64,000 nt of DNA from Dehalococcoidia bacterium (GTDB lineage Bacteria > Chloroflexota > Dehalococcoidia > Plut-88900): contig OZ240215.1 of assembly GCA_965197585.1 (NCBI GenBank), positions 2,400,001-2,464,000 of the forward strand. Reading direction: 5' to 3'. Shown here one piece after another: positions 58,134 to 64,000 of the stretch. Positions within the stretch are counted from its first letter, which is position 1; every line of letters starts with the position of its first letter. The position numbers and the translations under genes were made by a program. Under the pieces are notes generated by a model. That model did no database searches. It saw nothing but the letters and a program-made list of their open reading frames with translations, and was not told where the DNA came from.

Positions 58134-59096
58134 TCACCCCAACCCACCGACCCTCGACAGAAGCATCTCAATAAACCGCTCCCCCTCCACCCGAGAAGCC
58201 ACCCGGCAGTTAGGCTCCGGCTGCGCGCCCCCCGGGAGTCGATAGGGCACCGTCATCCCTCTAGTAAGACCTTCCCGCGTCTCAACATACACCCGACGCG
58301 GCGCCGCCGTCATCAGCGATGGGTCGATTACCACAGCGGTCGCCATCGGGTCGTGCATGTACGTCCCGTCGAATCCGCTCTGTGCCTGCGTGAAGTCCAT
58401 GTAGAATTGGCAACAGTCGTAGGCAAAACGGCCCGCCCTGCCTCCCTTATCCACAAACCACTCCTTCGCTGCACTGCGCATCAGCCCTATACCGTGGGTC
58501 GCGTCCGTGGGCACCAAGGTAAACGCTATACCCGACTCCAGGACTACATCCAACGACTCCGGGTCCACGTAAGTATTGAACTCCGCCGCGTACATTGGCT
58601 CGATGTTCCCCGCCGCATCCACCGCACCCCCCATGTTCACTATTTCAACAGCCTGCGCCATCTTCTCAGGAAATTCCTGAATGGCCCTTGCCACGTTGGT
58701 TAAGGGCCCCGTAGCCACTATCGTCACCTCCCCAGGCCTCCCTGCCACCATCTCCGCCATAGCCTCTACTGCGCCCATTTCAGACACCAGTCCCCAGTCA
58801 AGGTCGCCATAGTAGTCGTCTCCCAGGTCGCCCAGGCCGTCCTCCCCGTGGACCGCCGCCGCCGTATAGAGCTCCTTTACCAGCGGCGCCGACTCCCCCT
58901 TGTACACCTTGGCCCTCTTCACTTCTTCCACGAACGACAGTATCCGAAGCACGTTTGGCGTGCATTTGTCCACGTGTACGTTACCGCTCACTGTCGTAAT
59001 CCCGATCACCTCCACCTCCGGCGAGGCCAGGGCCAGCAATATCGCCAGCGCATCGTCGACACCGGCGTCTACGTCTAAAATGATGGGTCTAGCCAT
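58134..59096 (-). CDS. Nucleoside hydrolase (IU-NH family)
   Basis: IILDVDAGVDDA, VHGEDGLG, TGPLTN, AEFN, MHDP; GGAGG RBS before ATG 59096. Confidence 0.93.
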   Translation of the reverse strand: MARPIILDVDAGVDDALAILLALASPEVEVIGITTVSGNVHVDKCTPNVLRILSFVEEVKRAKVYKGESAPLVKELYTAAAVHGEDGLGDLGDDYYGDLDWGLVSEMGAVEAMAEMVAGRPGEVTIVATGPLTNVARAIQEFPEKMAQAVEIVNMGGAVDAAGNIEPMYAAEFNTYVDPESLDVVLESGIAFTLVPTDATHGIGLMRSAAKEWFVDKGGRAGRFAYDCCQFYMDFTQAQSGFDGTYMHDPMATAVVIDPSLMTAAPRRVYVETREGLTRGMTVPYRLPGGAQPEPNCRVASRVEGERFIEMLLSRVGGLG

Positions 59097-59180
59097 TGAA
59101 GTCTCCTCCATGAATGTACCAACAGAAGCATTCGTTGGGGTATATTGCCCACATAGCAGTCCCCGAGAAAGGAGAATCTT

Positions 59181-60092
59181 ATCATCAAGCCCATAGTCGT
59201 AGCTGGCGGCATCAACATGGACCTGATCGCCTCCACCGAGAGAATGCCTCGGCCCGGCGAGACCGTGTTCGCCACAGGCCTCACCCGAGTCGCAGGAGGC
59301 AAGGGCCTTAACCAGGCCATCGCCGCCCGACGTCTCGGCCTCGCGCCCGTCTACATGCTCGGAAGCGTCGGCAACGACCCCTTCGGCACCGAGCTCCTGG
59401 AGTTCATGCACGAAGAAGATATCGAGACCGTAGGCGTAACCTCATCCCCTGACCCCACGGGCGTCGCCCTTATCACGGTCGACTCCCACGCCGAAAACAC
59501 CATAGTCGTTGCCACAGGCGCCAACTCCCGCTTTTTCCCCGAGCATCTCGACTCTCTAGCGCCTTATATCGCTGGTGCAGGCGTAGTCCTTGTCCAGCTT
59601 GAAATACCCGTCGAGACCGTCCACCGCTTCCTCACCATCGCCTCCGAGTCCAGTGTCACCACTATCCTCAACACTGCCCCCGCCCTGCCCCTCCCCGACT
59701 CCATCCTCTCCCTTGTCGATATCCTGTGCCTCAACGAAACAGAACTCTCCGAAATGACTCAAACTCCCATAGATTCCACAGACCGCGAATCGCTGGTATC
59801 GGCTGCACACATGCTCCTGGCCCGTGGCCCTCGGACCGTGATAGTCACCCTCGGCGCTGCCGGAGCCCTCACAGTCACCCCCGACTATGCCTACCTGACA
59901 TCCGCCCTCATCGTCCACGCCCTTGACCCTACCGGCGCCGGCGACTGCTTCCTCGGGGCCCTGGCCTCCCGCCTCAACGAAGGCGCATCACTCCCCGACG
60001 CAATTGCCTTCGCCAACAGTGCCGCTACCCTTTCCGTCCAACGCCTCGGCGCAAGCTCCTCCATCCCCCACCGCCCAGAACTCGAACCCTGA
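59181..60092 (+). CDS. rbsK: Ribokinase; probable ATC start
   Basis: IVVAGGINMD, PRPGETV, GGKGLNQA, NETE, DPTGAGDCF. Confidence 0.9.
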   Translation: MIKPIVVAGGINMDLIASTERMPRPGETVFATGLTRVAGGKGLNQAIAARRLGLAPVYMLGSVGNDPFGTELLEFMHEEDIETVGVTSSPDPTGVALITVDSHAENTIVVATGANSRFFPEHLDSLAPYIAGAGVVLVQLEIPVETVHRFLTIASESSVTTILNTAPALPLPDSILSLVDILCLNETELSEMTQTPIDSTDRESLVSAAHMLLARGPRTVIVTLGAAGALTVTPDYAYLTSALIVHALDPTGAGDCFLGALASRLNEGASLPDAIAFANSAATLSVQRLGASSSIPHRPELEP

Positions 60093-60263
60093 CTATTCGC
60101 TCAATATCAAGTAATGTCCTGCGTCATTTGATAATCATATTAGTCTCTTGAGGTCGAAAAGCCCCGGTATAGTTAAGCAAATCGCGGAAAAAGCCAAACA
60201 AGATTATCGGATATAGGATCATTTACAATGTCACTAGGTATTGCGCCAGGGGACGAGGAGTAA

Positions 60264-60527
60264 CTAAACGTAGGAGATTTCTTCGGTTTCACCCTTGCTA
60301 TTTTTACGTTTAGCCAATATCCAATTTCCTGAAACCTTGCTAGGGGGGTGTTCAAGAGTCAGTTGACCGAACAGCGAGACACGCCCTTCCTTGGTAATGA
60401 TACCAAAATCTACTATGTTACAAAGAGGACAACTGACAGCGTATCCGTGCTGTCCTTTCTTAACCCCTTGGAGGGGATGCAGGTTTGTATCGGGATGCTT
60501 TTGGCATTGAAAACATATTTGATCCAT
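60264..60527 (-). CDS. Small AT-rich hypothetical protein with two CxxC motifs
   Basis: MDQICFQC...SCPLC; GGAAGG RBS-like sequence. Confidence 0.45.
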   Translation of the reverse strand: MDQICFQCQKHPDTNLHPLQGVKKGQHGYAVSCPLCNIVDFGIITKEGRVSLFGQLTLEHPPSKVSGNWILAKRKNSKGETEEISYV

Positions 60528-60607
60528 ACAAATTTTTCCTTCCAGTATTGTCAAATGGCCTCTTAGTCACACTACATTGCCCACTTGGTGAAAAAATCTA
60601 GTGCCCC

Positions 60608-61372
60608 CTACCGAGCCCTATACTCAGGCTTCCTCTTCTCCGAAAACGCCCGTGGCCCTTCCTTACTGTCCTTGCTCTCGTACAACGCGCTCATCAGCGT
60701 ATGCACCAGGTGCAGACCCTCGCTATGAGGCATATTCGAACCCCGGTAGGCCAGCTCCTTAGTCACCCTTACCGAAAGCGGCGCGTTCTCGCATATCCGC
60801 CGCGCTATCGACTCCGCCGTCGGCATCAATTCTTCCTGAGGCACAACCCGGCTAACGAGCCCGATCCGCAGTGCCTTCTCCGCATCTATGAAATCTCCCG
60901 TCAGCAGAATCTCCATAGCCTCGGCCATGCCCACCATCTTCGGCAAACGCATCGCCCCATACCCGTGCAGTAGTCCCCATCTCACCTCCGGCGACCCGAA
61001 CGATGCACTCTCCGACGCAATCCTGATATCGCAGGCAAGCGCCAATTCCAGCCCTCCGGCCAGACAATACCCATTCACCGCCGCAATGAACGGCTTCACC
61101 GACATCGGTTGGTCGTAGTGCTTGAACATCGTGTACGGCTGCCCCGGCCCTTCCAACTCCCGATTCACGTATTCCTTCAGGTCGCCCCCACTGCTGAACG
61201 CCTTGTCCCCGGCCCCCGTGACAATCGCCACCCAGACATCCGGGTCCCGGTCCACTTCCTCTATCGCATCGGCCAGCTTCTGTTTCAACTCCTCGTTCAT
61301 CGCGTTCATCGCCTGCGGCCTGTTCAGGGTGATATATGCTACCCTGTCCCGCACTTCGTAATCTAAAACCAT
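60608..61372 (-). CDS. Enoyl-CoA hydratase/isomerase
   Basis: ITLNRP, FSSGGDL, AAVNGYCLAGGLE, PEVRWG, EKRKP; start placed at MVLDYE. Confidence 0.93.
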   Translation of the reverse strand: MVLDYEVRDRVAYITLNRPQAMNAMNEELKQKLADAIEEVDRDPDVWVAIVTGAGDKAFSSGGDLKEYVNRELEGPGQPYTMFKHYDQPMSVKPFIAAVNGYCLAGGLELALACDIRIASESASFGSPEVRWGLLHGYGAMRLPKMVGMAEAMEILLTGDFIDAEKALRIGLVSRVVPQEELMPTAESIARRICENAPLSVRVTKELAYRGSNMPHSEGLHLVHTLMSALYESKDSKEGPRAFSEKRKPEYRAR

Positions 61373-62124
61373 GACACGCCTCTCTGATATCCCCCGGTCA
61401 GCTGTACCGCCGTCCCCGACACCCATTTCGCCGCCGGGCTCGCCAAGTGCCGAATCATCTCCCCTATGTCCCGCGGCGTCCCGATACCCAGGGGATACTC
61501 AAGCAGCACCTCGGCTTTCCTCTCCTCGCTCCACCCCGGCTCCCGGGAGTCGATCGCCCCCGGCATCAGCGCCACCACCCTGATCCCCTTGTCAGCCACC
61601 TGTATCGCAAACTCCATCGTCATGCCCAATAGCGCCGCCTTGCTTGCGTTGTACGCGGGAGACATCCCCGGCTCCCCGACCCGCGCCGCCTGGGAGCTCA
61701 TACTAACGATGAACCCCTTGCCCGCCTTCATCATCGGACCTAGCGCCGCCCTGGAGCAGTAGAACACCCCGTTTACGTTCACGTCTATCACCCGACGCCA
61801 TTCCTCGTCCGGCAGGTCCCACGCGTTGCCCCTTGGCGCATCTATCCCCGCATTGTTCACCAGGATGTCCAGCCGACCGTACTCCTCGACCGCCCGTGCC
61901 ACCAGCGCTTCTGCCTCCCGAGGCTGGCTTGTGTCCATTACCATGCTCACCGCCTCCCCACCCACCCCCCTAATCTCCGACACCGTCCTGTCCGCGGGCT
62001 GGATGTCTCCAATCACTATCTTCACACCCGCCTCGGCCAGGACGTGCGCTATGCCTCTCCCAATTCCCCGTGCCGCTCCCGTAACTATCGCTACTTCGCC
62101 GGTGATGTCACTGCTGTCGCCCAT
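61363..62124 (-). CDS. SDR family oxidoreductase
   Basis: TGAARGIG, NNAG, YNASK. Confidence 0.93.
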   Translation of the reverse strand: MGDSSDITGEVAIVTGAARGIGRGIAHVLAEAGVKIVIGDIQPADRTVSEIRGVGGEAVSMVMDTSQPREAEALVARAVEEYGRLDILVNNAGIDAPRGNAWDLPDEEWRRVIDVNVNGVFYCSRAALGPMMKAGKGFIVSMSSQAARVGEPGMSPAYNASKAALLGMTMEFAIQVADKGIRVVALMPGAIDSREPGWSEERKAEVLLEYPLGIGTPRDIGEMIRHLASPAAKWVSGTAVQLTGGYQRGVSWF

Positions 62125-62144
62125 CTGCTACTCCCTTGGCCCTG

Positions 62145-63401
62145 CTAGTCTCCGATTAACGGCGCTTCCGCAGATACCCGCGCCCCCAGCAACCCCGCAT
62201 ACTCTTCCTCCCCCAATCCCAGCATGTCGCAGAACACCCGACGGTTGTGCTGAGCATACTGCGGCGCTGGTGCGTGGCTCCCGCCAGGCGTCTTGGACAT
62301 CTTGAACGGCATACCAAAGTGAGAGTATTCCCCCACCGACGCATGGTCCGTCGTCTCGAAAAACCCTCTCTCTTTGAAGTGTGGGTCTTCGAATAGGTCG
62401 TTTGCCTTGCTCACGATTCCGCACTGCACACCCATCCCCTGCAACCGAGCCATCACATCCCTCGCCCCCAGCCCCGAGGTCCACGCGTTTATCGCCTCGT
62501 CAATCTCTTCTTGCAACCGGAACCTGCTCAGGATATGTCTAAAGCGCTTCTCTTGCAGAAGGTCTTCCCGACCCATTGCCCGGCACAACGACTCCCATTC
62601 CACGTCGCTGCCCGCCGAGATCGCAACCCACTCATCCTCACCCTTGCACCGGTACGCGCCCTGTGGAGCCCGAGAAGAGTGCCGGTTCCCCATACGCTTT
62701 CGTACCCGCCCGTTCATCGTGAAGTCCAGGACTGCGTCACCCAGCAAGCCGATGTAGCCCTCATGCTGGGACAGGTCCATCCTGGCCCCTTGTCCCGTCC
62801 GTCGCCTCCTCTCCAACCCCGCCAGTATCGAATACACCCCCCACATCCCCGACGCCGGGTCCGTGAATGCCCCCGAAGAACGTACCGGCGGTCCGTCTGG
62901 GAGCCCCGTCAGATGGGAAAGGCCCGTCATACCTTCCAGGGCTTCCCCAAAGCACACGTAGTCCCTGTATGGCCCCGACCGCCCGAAGGACGGCATGCTT
63001 ATCATTATCAGGTCTGGCCTCACCTTTTTCAGGTCATCGTAGTCCAGCCGTAGATTACCCATCACCCGTGCGCTGTAGTTCTCGATTACAACATCCGCAA
63101 TAGAAACTAGCTCCAGCATCAGGTCCCGGCCCCGTTCAGTCTGCAGGTCCAGAGCGATACTTTCTTTGTTCCGGTTCCCCATATGAAAATAGGAGCCCCG
63201 GTTATGTGGGTCCTCCGTATCCTCTATCCCGTCCGGTGGAAGCATGTACCTAACCGCGTCCACGTATACGGTGGCCTCGACCCGGATCACCTCTGCCCCC
63301 AGCGATCCCATCAGTTGCGTCGCGTACGGCCCAGCCCAGTACCGAGTCAGATCAACAATCCTAATGTCGCTTAACGGCAACTGTTTCAAGTCAGTCTCCA
63401 T
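62145..63401 (-). CDS. CaiB/BaiF class III CoA-transferase
   Basis: IRIVDLT..WAGP, LGAEVIRVE, NRNK, DVVIENY, FGRSGPY. Confidence 0.93.
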   Translation of the reverse strand: METDLKQLPLSDIRIVDLTRYWAGPYATQLMGSLGAEVIRVEATVYVDAVRYMLPPDGIEDTEDPHNRGSYFHMGNRNKESIALDLQTERGRDLMLELVSIADVVIENYSARVMGNLRLDYDDLKKVRPDLIMISMPSFGRSGPYRDYVCFGEALEGMTGLSHLTGLPDGPPVRSSGAFTDPASGMWGVYSILAGLERRRRTGQGARMDLSQHEGYIGLLGDAVLDFTMNGRVRKRMGNRHSSRAPQGAYRCKGEDEWVAISAGSDVEWESLCRAMGREDLLQEKRFRHILSRFRLQEEIDEAINAWTSGLGARDVMARLQGMGVQCGIVSKANDLFEDPHFKERGFFETTDHASVGEYSHFGMPFKMSKTPGGSHAPAPQYAQHNRRVFCDMLGLGEEEYAGLLGARVSAEAPLIGD

Positions 63402-63404
63402 GCT

Positions 63405-64000
63405 CTATATCACTTGCCCCGACCCCAGCATCGCCATCTCCTTAACCGAGATTCCGAGCCGCTGCTGATAGACCTCCCGGTTCGCCTCTCCCAAAGTCGG
63501 CGCCATCTCCGGGACAGGCGCCTCTTCACTCTCTATAGTCAACCCCGTGCCAGGGAATTTGATGTCTCCAAACTCCGGGTGCTCCAGCGTCTTGAAGAAC
63601 CCGCGCTCTCTCAGGTGCTGGTCTCTGAGCATGTCCCTCGGCGTGTCGACCTTGGCGCAAGGTATCCTCAGCAATTGTGATAGCTCAAATGCCTCGTCAC
63701 TCTCCTGATCGCTCAACCAGGCCCCGATGGAGTCCCAAAGTGTCTGCTTCGCCTCTTCCGGTATAGCTCTCGAAAGTGCTGATTCGAACGAGTCCACCAG
63801 CTCCGGGTGCCCGATCATCTCAAACAGCGACTGCCTCTGCTGCTGCGTCAGGGACGTCACGATCATGTAGCCGTCCTTGGTCTGGTACATGTCGCACAGC
63901 GGCGTCGGCGGCGAAAGCGAACTGCCCGTCCTGCCCCTCACCACCCCCTGGTATGTGTACAGGATGAGCGTAGTCTCCAGGAAGTTCGCCGTCACCTCCA
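63405..64000 (-). CDS. CaiB/BaiF class III CoA-transferase (5' part outside the window)
   Basis: YQTKDGY, HLRERGFF..LEHP, APTLGE.N.EV C-terminal motifs. Confidence 0.85.
   Translation of the reverse strand, partial: EVTANFLETTLILYTYQGVVRGRTGSSLSPPTPLCDMYQTKDGYMIVTSLTQQQRQSLFEMIGHPELVDSFESALSRAIPEEAKQTLWDSIGAWLSDQESDEAFELSQLLRIPCAKVDTPRDMLRDQHLRERGFFKTLEHPEFGDIKFPGTGLTIESEEAPVPEMAPTLGEANREVYQQRLGISVKEMAMLGSGQVI

Overview
This 64 kb window is bacterial and GC-rich. The gene content (luciferase-like monooxygenases, many amidohydrolases, CaiB/BaiF CoA-transferases, lipoprotein solute-binding proteins with PTA/Ala linkers) suggests a SAR202-like Dehalococcoidia (Chloroflexota); this taxonomy is inferred only. 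Positions 1-18.2 kb are backbone: thrB-lysC, a GT2, cysM, hisF-hisIE, an isocitrate/isopropylmalate dehydrogenase, mug, thpR, a Rieske oxygenase, ilvE and tRNA-Asp. From tRNA-Asp to about 45.9 kb lies a catabolic/transport block that lacks the C-rich + strand seen by eye on both flanks. It holds a divergent pair of D-aminoacylase-family paralogs (one with a Rieske [2Fe-2S] domain inserted), an exact 2230-bp-period triplication of a family-5 solute-binding protein with a long Ala/Glu stalk, and a Dpp-type ABC transporter. Positions 46-64 kb carry oppDF, tRNA-Arg(CCT), higBA, two tandem M24 proteins with DddP-type motif spacing, two tandem PLP dehydratases, pduO, a nucleoside hydrolase/ribokinase pair and an ECH-SDR-CoA transferase operon. 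The best novelty candidates are the Rieske-amidohydrolase fusion, the DddP-like plus dehydratase operon, a convergent Pro-rich peptide plus 3-TM 'DTKA' protein module, a candidate minus-strand ncRNA at about 2.75-2.84 kb, and three genes that appear to need ATA/ATC start codons. All calls come from reading motifs by eye; no database search was run.
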